From NCBI GenBank assembly GCA_000146045.2, contig BK006941.2, positions 96,001 to 160,000 on the forward strand: 64,000 nucleotides of DNA, given 5' to 3'. This stretch comes from TPA_inf: Saccharomyces. Lineage: Eukaryota. The notes beneath the pieces were generated by a model. The model searched no databases and had not been told where the DNA came from. It was given only the letters and a program-made list of their open reading frames with translations. Both the position numbers and the translations under genes were made by a program. Of the stretch, positions 11,505 to 25,069 are shown one piece after another; positions within the stretch are counted from its first letter, which is position 1, and the number at the start of each line of letters is the position of its first letter.

Positions 11505-11882
11505 TGGTTAGAACTTTCGTGATAATTTATTTTTATAGTTGAATATCTTCTTTCTCTCTCAACTCTGATCCGGATTGTCGAGGTTTCAATAAGTTACTCT
11601 GAACAACTAATCAAAATATCTCCTTATTTCTGTAGATTCCTTCAGTTCCACTTTTTACTTTTCTTAATTCTCTTTGTATTTATTCCTAGCGACGAAAAAT
11701 GCGAGATCTCGACCAAAAAAAGGGGGTAGGGTAATAAAATTAACCCTATTATTTTTTAACTTTAAAACCTATAATGTGCTAATATTTTATTATAAACCTC
11801 CTTTTTTTGCGTTCAAACCCTGACACATTTTAAGCCCTATATTTACGGTATTAGTTGATTAAACTCCGAAGCGAAAGGAATT

Positions 11883-11905
11883 CGGTCATTAGCGGCTAAT
11901 AGCCG
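11883..11905. promoter_or_regulatory. oleate response element (ORE) candidate, CGG-N3-T-N-A-N11-CCG, about 255 bp upstream of POX1
   Basis: CGGTCATTAGCGGCTAATAGCCG fits the Oaf1/Pip2 ORE consensus CGGN3TNA(N9-12)CCG on both strands (near-palindromic). It lies in the CHC1-POX1 divergent intergenic region. POX1 is the classic ORE-driven gene. Confidence 0.5.
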
Positions 11906-12157
11906 TTGGGGTAAATCACCTACAAGCAAGTACACAAGAGAACGTTGGCGTTGTTAAGTCAAAGCACTAATACATTGGGGCTTTAAGAGTGTTTATAAAG
12001 GTCTAACCTGTAAAAATTATTTAAACAACTTGAACAGGCCTTAAAGTTTTCCTCATTCCGCTCATCATCACTAATATTGCTCTCCGTTTTTGAATACACA
12101 CTTGACACTAATAAGTATCACAGAAAAAAAGAAAATATAATAAATTAGTATTGCGAT

Positions 12158-14404
12158 ATGACGAGACGTACTACTATTAATCCCGATTCGGTGGTTCTGA
12201 ATCCTCAAAAATTTATCCAGAAAGAAAGGGCGGATTCGAAAATCAAAGTTGACCAAGTTAACACATTTTTAGAGTCATCCCCGGAGAGGAGAACTCTGAC
12301 GCACGCCTTAATAGACCAAATAGTGAATGATCCTATATTGAAAACTGATACGGACTATTACGATGCTAAAAAAATGCAAGAGAGAGAAATTACTGCCAAA
12401 AAAATAGCTAGGCTTGCTAGTTATATGGAGCACGATATCAAAACAGTGCGCAAACACTTTCGCGACACTGACCTGATGAAAGAGTTGCAAGCAAATGATC
12501 CAGACAAAGCTTCGCCTTTAACAAACAAAGACCTTTTTATATTCGATAAGAGATTGTCACTTGTAGCAAATATTGATCCTCAATTGGGTACGCGCGTGGG
12601 TGTACACTTGGGGCTATTTGGTAATTGTATCAAGGGCAATGGTACTGATGAGCAAATCCGGTATTGGTTGCAGGAGAGAGGTGCCACTTTGATGAAAGGT
12701 ATATATGGCTGTTTTGCAATGACTGAGTTAGGACATGGTTCCAATGTTGCCCAGCTGCAGACTAGGGCTGTGTACGATAAGCAAAATGATACTTTTGTAA
12801 TTGATACACCTGATCTAACTGCCACCAAATGGTGGATTGGTGGGGCTGCCCATTCTGCCACGCACGCTGCCGTGTACGCCAGATTGATCGTTGAAGGTAA
12901 AGACTACGGTGTAAAAACATTCGTTGTTCCTCTGAGAGACCCTTCGACTTTCCAACTGTTAGCTGGTGTTTCCATAGGGGATATTGGAGCGAAGATGGGT
13001 CGTGACGGTATTGATAATGGCTGGATCCAGTTCAGAAACGTAGTTATCCCTAGAGAATTTATGCTAAGTAGATTTACCAAAGTTGTCCGTTCTCCAGATG
13101 GTTCAGTCACCGTCAAAACTGAGCCACAATTGGATCAAATTTCTGGTTATAGTGCATTGTTAAGTGGTAGAGTTAACATGGTCATGGATTCATTTAGGTT
13201 TGGCTCCAAATTTGCTACTATTGCTGTACGTTACGCGGTTGGTCGTCAGCAATTCGCACCTAGAAAGGGATTGTCTGAAACACAATTAATCGACTATCCC
13301 CTTCACCAATATCGTGTTTTACCACAATTGTGTGTTCCATATTTGGTGTCACCTGTAGCTTTTAAGTTAATGGACAACTATTATTCCACTTTGGACGAGT
13401 TATACAACGCTTCCTCATCTGCATACAAAGCTGCTCTGGTTACCGTGAGTAAAAAGTTGAAGAATTTATTTATTGATAGCGCCAGCTTGAAAGCCACCAA
13501 TACTTGGTTAATTGCTACACTGATTGATGAGTTGAGACAGACTTGCGGAGGACATGGGTATTCACAGTATAACGGATTTGGTAAAGGCTATGACGACTGG
13601 GTGGTTCAGTGCACATGGGAGGGTGATAATAATGTTTTATCTTTAACTTCAGCAAAATCAATATTGAAAAAATTTATCGATTCAGCCACAAAGGGTAGAT
13701 TTGACAACACACTGGATGTGGACTCATTCTCTTACTTAAAACCTCAGTACATAGGATCTGTGGTTTCTGGAGAAATAAAGAGTGGTTTAAAGGAGTTGGG
13801 TGATTATACTGAAATTTGGTCTATCACCTTAATCAAATTACTGGCACATATTGGTACTTTAGTTGAAAAATCAAGAAGTATTGATAGCGTTTCTAAGCTT
13901 TTAGTCTTAGTATCCAAATTTCATGCCTTGCGCTGCATGTTGAAAACCTATTACGACAAGTTAAACTCTCGTGATTCACATATTTCCGATGAAATTACAA
14001 AGGAATCTATGTGGAATGTTTATAAGTTATTTTCCTTGTATTTTATTGACAAGCATTCCGGAGAATTCCAACAATTCAAGATCTTCACTCCTGATCAGAT
14101 CTCTAAAGTTGTGCAGCCACAACTATTGGCTCTTTTGCCAATTGTGAGGAAAGACTGTATAGGTCTGACAGACTCCTTTGAATTACCTGACGCGATGTTA
14201 AATTCTCCTATAGGTTACTTTGATGGCGATATCTATCACAATTACTTCAATGAAGTTTGCCGCAATAATCCAGTGGAGGCAGATGGGGCAGGGAAGCCTT
14301 CTTATCATGCGCTGTTGAGCAGCATGCTCGGTAGAGGTTTCGAATTTGACCAAAAGTTAGGTGGTGCAGCTAATGCGGAAATTTTATCGAAAATAAACAA
14401 GTGA
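12158..14404 (+). CDS. POX1: peroxisomal fatty-acyl-CoA oxidase, 748 aa
   Basis: Starts MTRRTTINPDSVVLNPQKF. Acyl-CoA oxidase motifs are present (GCFAMTELGHGSNV, YAVGRQQF). Length 748 aa. Confidence 0.95.
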   Translation: MTRRTTINPDSVVLNPQKFIQKERADSKIKVDQVNTFLESSPERRTLTHALIDQIVNDPILKTDTDYYDAKKMQEREITAKKIARLASYMEHDIKTVRKHFRDTDLMKELQANDPDKASPLTNKDLFIFDKRLSLVANIDPQLGTRVGVHLGLFGNCIKGNGTDEQIRYWLQERGATLMKGIYGCFAMTELGHGSNVAQLQTRAVYDKQNDTFVIDTPDLTATKWWIGGAAHSATHAAVYARLIVEGKDYGVKTFVVPLRDPSTFQLLAGVSIGDIGAKMGRDGIDNGWIQFRNVVIPREFMLSRFTKVVRSPDGSVTVKTEPQLDQISGYSALLSGRVNMVMDSFRFGSKFATIAVRYAVGRQQFAPRKGLSETQLIDYPLHQYRVLPQLCVPYLVSPVAFKLMDNYYSTLDELYNASSSAYKAALVTVSKKLKNLFIDSASLKATNTWLIATLIDELRQTCGGHGYSQYNGFGKGYDDWVVQCTWEGDNNVLSLTSAKSILKKFIDSATKGRFDNTLDVDSFSYLKPQYIGSVVSGEIKSGLKELGDYTEIWSITLIKLLAHIGTLVEKSRSIDSVSKLLVLVSKFHALRCMLKTYYDKLNSRDSHISDEITKESMWNVYKLFSLYFIDKHSGEFQQFKIFTPDQISKVVQPQLLALLPIVRKDCIGLTDSFELPDAMLNSPIGYFDGDIYHNYFNEVCRNNPVEADGAGKPSYHALLSSMLGRGFEFDQKLGGAANAEILSKINK

Positions 14405-14624
14405 GTAGAGGTTTCCTGTTTTCCTTCGAACCCTCTGTTTTGCGACTTTTGTTTCAATTCAACTAGTGTCGCCAAGTTTTAACAAAAAGTTACAAAATCC
14501 TAGTGAGAGGCCATCTTATGTGCATAACGGTACTCTCTATCTATTTACATATCTAATACTATTCACATAACTATGACGAATCAATGACATGACTACATTT
14601 ACCAATGTATAGTAGTAAAAAAAT

Positions 14625-14696
14625 TGCCATCTCCTAGAATCGAACCAGGGTTTCATCGGCCACAACGATGTGTACTAACCACTATACTAAGATGGC
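14625..14696 (-). tRNA. tH(GUG): tRNA-His (anticodon GUG), 72 nt, no intron
   Basis: Reverse complement reads GCCATCTTAGTATAGTGGTTAGTACACATCGTTGTGGCCGATGAAACCCTGGTTCGATTCTAGGAGATGGCA. It has an A box (TAGTGGTTAG), a B box (GGTTCGATTC) and a GTG anticodon loop. This matches remembered yeast tRNA-His. Confidence 0.9.
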
Positions 14697-14796
14697 AGGT
14701 AATTATTGAGTGTTTACTCAATATCTCAGAATTATATACATAACAAATAATAAATGTGCTGTGTTGGCACTTGTTGGAATGAAGCTCTAAAACATC

Positions 14797-15505
14797 ATGA
14801 TGATTGTGTGGATTCTGATGTAATTGTTGGGATTCCATTTTTAATAAGGCAATATGTTGGAACGAGAGTAATTAATAGTGACATGAGTTGCTATGGTAAC
14901 AATCTAATGCTTACATCGTATATTAATGTACACATCGTATACGTTTAAGTGTGATTGCGCCTATTGCAGAAGGAATGTTAAACGAGAAGCTCAGACAATA
15001 CTGAAGCTGTGTTAAAGACCTATTAGCTGAACATGATATGGTAGGTACATATATGAGGAATATGAGTCGTCACATCAATGTATAGTAACTACCGGAATCA
15101 CTATTATATTGGTCATGATTAATATGACCAATCGGCGTGTGTTTTATATACCTCTCTTATTTAGTATAAGAAGATCAGTACTCACTTCTTCATTAATACT
15201 AATTTTTAACCTCTAATTATCAACACAATAATATTAGGTATGTAGATATACTAGAAGTTCTCCTCCAGGATTTAGGAATCCATAAAAGGGAGTCTGCAAT
15301 TCTACACAATTCTATAAATATTATCATCATCGTTTTATATGTTAATATTCATTGATCCTATTACATTATCAATCCTTGCGTTTCAGCTTCCACTAATTTA
15401 GATGACTATTTCTCATCATTTGCGTCATCTTCTAACACCGAATATCATAATATACTAGTAACGTAAATACTAGTTAGTAGATGATAGTTGATTTTTATTC
15501 CAACA
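14797..15505 (-). mobile_element. solo Ty1 delta LTR, about 332 bp of delta sequence split by a nested LTR insertion
   Basis: Right part 15231..15505 is the reverse complement of canonical delta (…TGTTGGAATAAAAATCAACTATCATCTACTAACTAGTATTTACGTTACTAGTATATTATCATATACGGTGTTAGAAGATGACGCAAATGATGAGAAATAGTCATCTAAATTAGTGGAAGCTGAAACGCAAGG…). Left part 14797..14853 is the reverse complement of the delta 3' end (…TTGCCTTATTAAAAATGGAATCCCAACAATTACATCAGAATCCACACAATCATCA). The element lies upstream (5') of the minus-strand tRNA-His. Confidence 0.8.
14854..15225 (+). mobile_element. solo Ty4 tau LTR (372 bp) nested inside the delta; 5-bp TSD CAATA at 14849-14853 and 15226-15230
   Basis: Begins TGTTGGAACGAGAGTAATTAATAGTGACATGAG and ends TCTAATTATCAACA, i.e. 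TGTTG…CAACA termini, about 371 bp, matching my memory of tau. The flanking delta sequence is continuous once the element and one copy of CAATA are removed. Ty4 makes 5-bp duplications. Confidence 0.65.
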
Positions 15506-15706
15506 GTTTATCAACTAGTAGTCACACTACCAATATATTATCATATACGGTGTTAGAAGATGACATAAGGTATGAGAAGCTTTCATCGAAGGTAGAGGAA
15601 GCAGAAATACAAGGATTTATAATGTAATAGGGTAATGGAACATATAAGGGAGGAGAAATGATGGTGATATTAATATGCAGAAATATCGATTCCATTTTTT
15701 CAAAAA
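15506..15706 (+). mobile_element. 5'-truncated delta-like LTR fragment, about 200 bp, abutting the Ty1 delta
   Basis: GTTTATCAACTAGTAGTCACACTACCAATATATTATCATATACGGTGTTAGAAGATGACATAAGGTATGAGAAGC… aligns to positions ~27-230 of the LTR at 18939-19269. The first ~26 nt are missing. Similarity ends near GTAGAAATATCGATTCCATTTTT. Confidence 0.6.
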
Positions 15707-16005
15707 AATAGTGCCAAACTATTAAGAAGTAGCGAAACAGCAAAGGCATATTTCCACATTTCGCTTTTAGCAATATACATAACTATGGTGGCAAGATACC
15801 ATGCAACTAATAACTTTGCCGCAATGACACCTCTATTTCTACTTGTTGTCGTTTTACCTCTTACTTGTTTGAACATTGCTGTTCTAAGACCTAACAATAA
15901 TAGTCCTAATACAAACAGAGGGCATGCTGTTATAAGTATAAAATGTTTGCTGTAACTAATGGTGGGGGAAGATTGCAAAAAACGAAGGATATCAGTTCCA
16001 TTCAT
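15700..16005 (-). CDS. small hypothetical membrane ORF, 101 aa, two predicted TM helices; position corresponds to YGL204C
   Basis: [43 protein letters not shown]…[28 protein letters not shown] lies between the LTR cluster and KEX1. Its 3' end runs into the truncated LTR. No recognisable domain, so coding status is uncertain. Confidence 0.3.
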   Translation of the reverse strand: MNGTDILRFLQSSPTISYSKHFILITACPLFVLGLLLLGLRTAMFKQVRGKTTTSRNRGVIAAKLLVAWYLATIVMYIAKSEMWKYAFAVSLLLNSLALFF

Positions 16006-16474
16006 TTCCAGGGATTTGTGTTGATATGTGGGGCTATGAATGCGTTGAAGTTTTCAACTTCTGTGAAGGAGTTAAAACAACCACTAAACAATCTCGTTCA
16101 AAAGCTCTAATTACTTGTATATTATTTTATACGTTTATGTCTATTTCAATGCAATTACGTGAAAAATAAAAGAACGCTACCATAAAAATGTTAAAAACTG
16201 GTTAAAAATGTCAAAAAATGGTCCGAAAACTGAAAAAATATTCGTGATACAGTTTGCATAAAAAAAAACTATTGTGCGCGATTAATATAACCTACTAGAC
16301 TTAAATGACGACACTTTAATATGAAGTTCAGTAGTGTGAATTAAATAAAACAGTCAGTTCTTGATGGATTGTACCCTTTAAAGAATTTATCTTTATGTCG
16401 CTGTTACTACGAAAAGCGTGTGCGAGGTATTATAACTATTTTTCTGTATTTTTTATATATTTTTATTTGCCAAG

Positions 16475-18664
16475 TTAAAAATCAGTCATCTCAAAAGATT
16501 CATCGATTTCAGTGTTCGGAAGGCTAGTATACTTCTTCTTTTTCTTAGTTTTCAATTTAGATCCTGCTTTGTTAGAAGTGCTACTTATGGGTGCTCCGCC
16601 TTCTAACTGCTCATCTTGTTCTAAATCATCTTCTGCCCCGAGTCCGCTTTCCAGATCATCTGCCCATGAAACTGTCTTATTGGGACTGTCATGTTGTCTA
16701 TTATTTGGATCAACTAAAATTGTGTGACGCGCTTTTCTCCTCACTCTTCTATCATACGCATAAACTCCTAAAACCACTATCAAAAATGTAACGATGGTAA
16801 CTACTACCGCTTTGTGTTTATACATTGAAATCTCTTCTGCAAATTCTTCTACCTCTTCCTCTTCTTGTTCATATTCTGAAGATTTATGTCTACTATCCTC
16901 GAGGCCTTGATTACTTTGTTTTTCATTATTATCGTCTTCATCATCGTCATCGTCATCATCGTCGTCGCCCTCGGAGTTGTGATCGTCTTCATCGTCGTCA
17001 TCATTGTCGTTATCATCATCGCCATCTTTATCTTTATTGCCTTCTTTTTCCTTTCCTTCCTCATTCTGCGCTTCCTGTTCTTCCTCTTCGAGGTTTTCTT
17101 TTGGCTTATCACCGCTTTCAGTAGTAGCATCTTGATCACTATCGTCGTCAGTAGTAATCATAACATTTTTCCCATTGTTGTCAATGATCATAACATCGTT
17201 CGAGTAAATATCGACAATGCCTCTACTCACTAAACTTTTATCGAAGGGTACCATGTGAGAAGCATTATAAACGCTAACAAACGTCAAATTTCTATCATAC
17301 TTCACGTATCCGCTAAATTCTTCGCTGTCGTCTGTACTCTTCGATTTATGGATCCAATCGAACGAAACAGCATCGTCGCTAAATCCCTTTATTCCACCCC
17401 ATTTTAGATTGTCTATAGTATCTAATACGCCCTTGTTATTACAAATCAAGTCTTTGTCACCATTGAACAAGACAATCTCTATTCCACTTTCAAGTAGACC
17501 AGGTAATAAATGGATAGATGGCTTTGAAATAGGATTAGACAATTTAGTTCCAACGCTATTAGTGCATTCCTTCCAATGATCAATTTTATCAGAATCAAGA
17601 TGCAACGAATCAATAACACCAGGTGTGCTGAAGAATTTACTGACAAAGGAAATATCTTTCGGCCAATTCATACCACAAGATGGATAACTATCTTTTAAAT
17701 TGAAGTTATACATGTTCAAGCAATCCGCTGTTCCCTTTTGCGAAGATTCCCTGGTATAAGACAATAGAAGGTTTAAAATATTCTCACATTCCTGATACGA
17801 AAAATGGGCTGCCTCATCTGTACTGGCAGAGTTTATCAGATTCTGGCAATTCTCGTGTGCGTTCGTTAAGTGTTTGAAATTGGGGTTGCTTTCATCAATC
17901 AGTTTCTTCTCCATAGCAAACGGAAGGTACGATAGGGACTGTGTATTGGGGTCAATCCAACCGTTACCAATCAATAGCGCCTTCAAGTCGTATGTATCCC
18001 CGTCGATCTTTGAAAATTTGTTATGGTTCAAAATTGCATTGGCAAAGAATGGTATGTATTGGCCAGCGTAACTTTCACCCGATAGTATGATTTTCCTAGT
18101 GAGGTCTTCTGGAAAAATCTTGAAATAGTTCTCCAGAAAATCCATAAAATGCTTGGTCACATCTTCTAGGTCTTCGTCAAATTTGTTTTTGTCGATTTTA
18201 CCTTCGTCTTTATTTTGTTCGACAGAAAACCCAGTACCAGTAGGTTGGTCGATAAATAAAAGATCGCCTTTGGATATCCAGGACCCTTCATTTAGATAAA
18301 GTTTACCGTCTGAATTCACCCTAAAAGGGCCGGATTCGACCAAGGCACCATCCATGGAAGAGCAACCGGGTCCACCATTTAACCATATAATTAAGGGACG
18401 GTCGACATTGCCATTAGAGTCGTTATTGGTAAACTTCCAAAAAAAGTACTCCAAGTCAGAGCTATCCTGTTCATCCGCATCTTCGGAACGTAAAGGAATA
18501 TGGCCAGCATGCATCTGTGGAATATTTGAAGGGTCTGGCACTTCAGATAACCCTGGCAACAGCTCATATGCCACTTTGTACTCCTCAGATGACGGAAGGG
18601 ATACTGAGATCCTTATTAAAGCAGACATGGCTAGCCACGTTCCGAGCCACCTATTGTAAAACAT
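16475..18664 (-). CDS. KEX1: Kex1 serine carboxypeptidase (S10 family), 729 aa, with acidic D/E tract and C-terminal TM segment
   Basis: Starts MFYNRWLGTWLAMSALIRISVSLPSSEEY. S10 motifs are present (GESYAGQYIPFFA, WLNGGPGCSS). A long DDDDEDD acidic region is followed by a hydrophobic TM segment (AVVVTIVTFLIVVLGVYAY). Confidence 0.95.
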   Translation of the reverse strand: MFYNRWLGTWLAMSALIRISVSLPSSEEYKVAYELLPGLSEVPDPSNIPQMHAGHIPLRSEDADEQDSSDLEYFFWKFTNNDSNGNVDRPLIIWLNGGPGCSSMDGALVESGPFRVNSDGKLYLNEGSWISKGDLLFIDQPTGTGFSVEQNKDEGKIDKNKFDEDLEDVTKHFMDFLENYFKIFPEDLTRKIILSGESYAGQYIPFFANAILNHNKFSKIDGDTYDLKALLIGNGWIDPNTQSLSYLPFAMEKKLIDESNPNFKHLTNAHENCQNLINSASTDEAAHFSYQECENILNLLLSYTRESSQKGTADCLNMYNFNLKDSYPSCGMNWPKDISFVSKFFSTPGVIDSLHLDSDKIDHWKECTNSVGTKLSNPISKPSIHLLPGLLESGIEIVLFNGDKDLICNNKGVLDTIDNLKWGGIKGFSDDAVSFDWIHKSKSTDDSEEFSGYVKYDRNLTFVSVYNASHMVPFDKSLVSRGIVDIYSNDVMIIDNNGKNVMITTDDDSDQDATTESGDKPKENLEEEEQEAQNEEGKEKEGNKDKDGDDDNDNDDDDEDDHNSEGDDDDDDDDDEDDNNEKQSNQGLEDSRHKSSEYEQEEEEVEEFAEEISMYKHKAVVVTIVTFLIVVLGVYAYDRRVRRKARHTILVDPNNRQHDSPNKTVSWADDLESGLGAEDDLEQDEQLEGGAPISSTSNKAGSKLKTKKKKKYTSLPNTEIDESFEMTDF
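16921..17040. repeat. GAT/GAC triplet-rich tract encoding the Kex1 poly-Asp/Glu region
   Basis: Plus strand reads tcatcatcgtcatcgtcatcatcgtcgtcgccctcggagttgtgatcgtcttcatcgtcgtcatcattgtcgttatcatcatcgcc. Off-frame translations give the spurious His/Arg-rich and Ile/Val-rich track ORFs at 16825-17233. Confidence 0.85.
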
Positions 18665-18938
18665 CTATTCAGGTCTTTATCTCTACGGTATTCTATAGCC
18701 AAGGTACTCTTTAACCAAAGTATGCTTCAGCAAGCTTTTTCAAATAGATGGGAGTTGAAGACAATGATAAGAAATCGCTTTTCTTAATGTTTCCTATATT
18801 ATCAAAATATTCCACTTTTTTTTCTTTTTCCACATTGTTTTTCGGTTCCGGGCTGCAGTAAGCAAATATAAATGTTGGTGACAAAACTTGAAAGTTATAG
18901 CCAAAAAGCTCGCAATTCCTCACCTAACAAAATGATCC

Positions 18939-19269
18939 TGTTGGAATAAAAATCAACTATCGTCTATAAACTAGTAGTCACACTACCAGTATATTATCAT
19001 ATACGGTGTTAGACGATGACATAAGGTATGAGAAACTGTCATCGAAGTTAGAGGAAGCTGAAGTGCAAGGATTGATAATGTAATAGGATAATGAAACATA
19101 TAAAACGGAATGAGGAATAATCGTAATAATATTATGTAGAAATATCGCTTCCCCTTTGAGGATTCCTCTACCCTCGAGGAGAACTTTTAGTATATTCTGT
19201 ATACATAATATTGTAGCCTTGATCAACAATGAAATGCCTACAATCATCTTAAAATTCACCAATCTCTCA
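18939..19269 (+). mobile_element. solo delta-like LTR (diverged Ty1/Ty2 family), 331 bp, about 220 bp upstream of tRNA-Lys(UUU)
   Basis: TGTTGGAATAAAAATCAACTATCGTCTATAAACTAGTAGTCACACTACCAGTATATTATCATATACGGTGTTAGACGATGAC…TTCACCAATCTCTCA has TG…CA termini and the conserved ATATACGGTGTTAGA block. Flanking 5-mers (GATCC / GCTCT) are not identical, so no intact target-site duplication. Confidence 0.75.
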
Positions 19270-19487
19270 GCTCTTATTTAAGCTTTGTTGAGACGAGAGT
19301 TAGTTATCCGACAATACTATACAAGACATTAACATCATTTTTCGTGCTGTTAGGGTGGTGTCTTTTCATTTGTTGCAATAAATGATAAGTAGTTTACCGT
19401 CCATTAACATGTGCATTAAATAATAGCATTATGTGAACATAATGTATATTTAACTAAAACTATTATCGAAGAAATCCGAAGAACTCA

Positions 19488-19583
19488 TCCTTGTTAGCTC
19501 AGTTGGTAGAGCGTTCGGCTTTTAAGCGCATTTGCTTAAGCAAGGATACCGAAATGTCAGGGGTTCGAGCCCCCTATGAGGAG
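19488..19583 (+). tRNA. tK(UUU): tRNA-Lys (anticodon UUU), 96 nt, with 23-nt intron at 19526-19548
   Basis: TCCTTGTTAGCTCAGTTGGTAGAGCGTTCGGCTTTTAA[GCGCATTTGCTTAAGCAAGGATA]CCGAAATGTCAGGGGTTCGAGCCCCCTATGAGGAG. It has an A box (TAGCTCAGTTGG), a B box (GGTTCGAGC), an acceptor stem TCCTTGT/ATGAGGA and a TTT anticodon. The intron sits one nt 3' of the anticodon. Confidence 0.9.
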
Positions 19584-20058
19584 TTCTTCTTTATTTTTTT
19601 CCCGGTTCACTATTTTTCCAAGATTAAACATGGCTCATATACACCATCCAAAAATCTCTTAATTAACCTATAACCATTGTTCTCCTTCACCTCATTCAAG
19701 AATCTGGCTTCTGAATTGCCATTGATAGAAGAACAGTACTAAATTGCGCCGGAATAATGAAGAACATCCGGGTTACCTTAGATGTCTTTTTTTCCTTTTT
19801 TTATCACATTTTTCACTCTGCACTTTTTCACTTTCTCGAGGTCCAATCTATGACTAATATTAAGCGCATTTCATTTGAAGATATGTGTATCGCAATCTTT
19901 TTTCTTATCTTGTAGACCCTCCTATACACATCTCTAGACTATATATTTGGTTTGGTTATATCTTTAAGAACTTATTTCTTTTTCTTATTTTTCCATTCCA
20001 CTAAGTTAAACCCTGCAGTTGATACAGACATTGAATAGGACAACCGATCGTTACTATC

Positions 20059-21561
20059 ATGACTTTACCTGAATCAAAAGACTTTTCTTACTTGTTTTCG
20101 GATGAAACCAATGCTCGTAAACCATCCCCATTGAAAACCTGCATCCATCTTTTCCAAGATCCTAACATTATCTTTTTGGGTGGTGGCCTGCCATTAAAAG
20201 ATTATTTCCCATGGGATAATCTATCTGTAGATTCACCCAAGCCTCCTTTTCCCCAGGGTATTGGAGCTCCAATTGACGAGCAGAATTGCATAAAATACAC
20301 CGTCAACAAAGATTACGCTGATAAAAGTGCCAATCCTTCCAACGATATTCCTTTGTCAAGAGCTTTGCAATACGGGTTCAGTGCTGGTCAACCTGAACTA
20401 TTAAACTTCATTAGAGATCATACCAAGATTATCCACGATTTGAAGTATAAGGACTGGGACGTTTTAGCCACTGCAGGTAACACAAATGCCTGGGAATCTA
20501 CTTTAAGAGTCTTTTGTAACCGAGGTGATGTCATCTTAGTTGAGGCACATTCTTTTTCCTCTTCATTGGCTTCTGCAGAGGCTCAAGGTGTCATTACCTT
20601 CCCCGTGCCAATTGACGCTGATGGTATCATTCCTGAAAAATTAGCTAAAGTCATGGAAAACTGGACACCTGGTGCTCCTAAACCAAAGTTGTTATACACT
20701 ATTCCAACGGGCCAAAATCCAACTGGTACTTCCATTGCAGACCATAGAAAGGAGGCAATTTACAAGATCGCTCAAAAGTACGACTTCCTAATTGTGGAAG
20801 ATGAACCTTATTATTTCTTACAAATGAATCCCTACATCAAAGACTTGAAGGAAAGAGAGAAGGCACAAAGTTCTCCAAAGCAGGACCATGACGAATTTTT
20901 GAAGTCCTTGGCAAACACTTTCCTTTCCTTGGATACAGAAGGCCGTGTTATTAGAATGGATTCCTTTTCAAAAGTTTTGGCCCCAGGGACAAGATTGGGT
21001 TGGATTACTGGTTCATCCAAAATCTTGAAGCCTTACTTGAGTTTGCATGAAATGACGATTCAAGCCCCAGCAGGTTTTACACAAGTTTTGGTCAACGCTA
21101 CGCTATCCAGGTGGGGTCAAAAGGGTTACTTGGACTGGTTGCTTGGCCTGCGTCATGAATACACTTTGAAACGTGACTGTGCCATCGATGCCCTTTACAA
21201 GTATCTACCACAATCTGATGCTTTCGTGATCAATCCTCCAATTGCAGGTATGTTTTTCACCGTGAACATTGACGCATCTGTCCACCCTGAGTTTAAAACA
21301 AAATACAACTCAGACCCTTACCAGCTAGAACAGAGTCTTTACCACAAAGTGGTTGAACGTGGTGTTTTAGTGGTTCCCGGTTCTTGGTTCAAGAGTGAGG
21401 GTGAGACGGAACCTCCTCAACCCGCTGAATCTAAAGAAGTCAGTAATCCAAACATAATTTTCTTCAGAGGTACCTATGCAGCTGTCTCTCCTGAGAAACT
21501 GACTGAAGGTCTGAAGAGATTAGGTGATACTTTATACGAAGAATTTGGTATTTCCAAATAG
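20059..21561 (+). CDS. ARO8: aromatic aminotransferase I (PLP-dependent, class I), 500 aa
   Basis: Starts [26 protein letters not shown]. Aminotransferase class I/II fold with the PLP lysine region ([14 protein letters not shown]). Length 500 aa. Confidence 0.93.
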
Positions 21562-21853
21562 AGAGGTAAATACGTTGGAAGAATATATATAAGGTGAAAA
21601 AAGGACGTACGTATTTTTGTATTGCTTAAATTTCGAAGTATTTTTTCTTTTTGTAAAAGACTGCAAGTGGAAGCCAAAATATAATATTTTGTTTTTTCAT
21701 TAAGAGTACAACTTTATACAACAATTATAACTTGATTTGAGAGCCAAGTTATGTAAGATATTTTTCTCCCACAAAGAGAAATGCACACGATAGGAATTTA
21801 CAACGTGAACGATACTTGAAACGAAATATGAAAATCCGCAAGAGTGCACTGAA

Positions 21854-24922
<3,069 letters not shown>

Positions 24923-25069
24923 TTAACCTTTGGTAAGTCTATTTTTCCTATCCACCGGTGGCGAAGTGTAAGATACTCGCTGTAAATCACTTAAGAATGA
25001 AATATTTTGTTATTATTGTAGATTAAAGAAAGAAAAAAAAAAAGCTTCAAGAAAGGCCTATTAGGCGCT

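Noticed and set aside
16825-17233. His/Arg-rich (HRHRHHRRR), Lys-rich and Ile/Val-rich ORFs overlapping KEX1
   Set aside because: These are products of reading the GAT/GAC acidic-tract repeat of KEX1 in the wrong frame or strand; they are low-complexity artefacts.
19850-19858. Gcn4-like element ATGACTAAT in the ARO8 promoter
   Set aside because: One mismatch to TGASTCA (TGACTAA) and a single copy only. Too weak to call without a PWM score.
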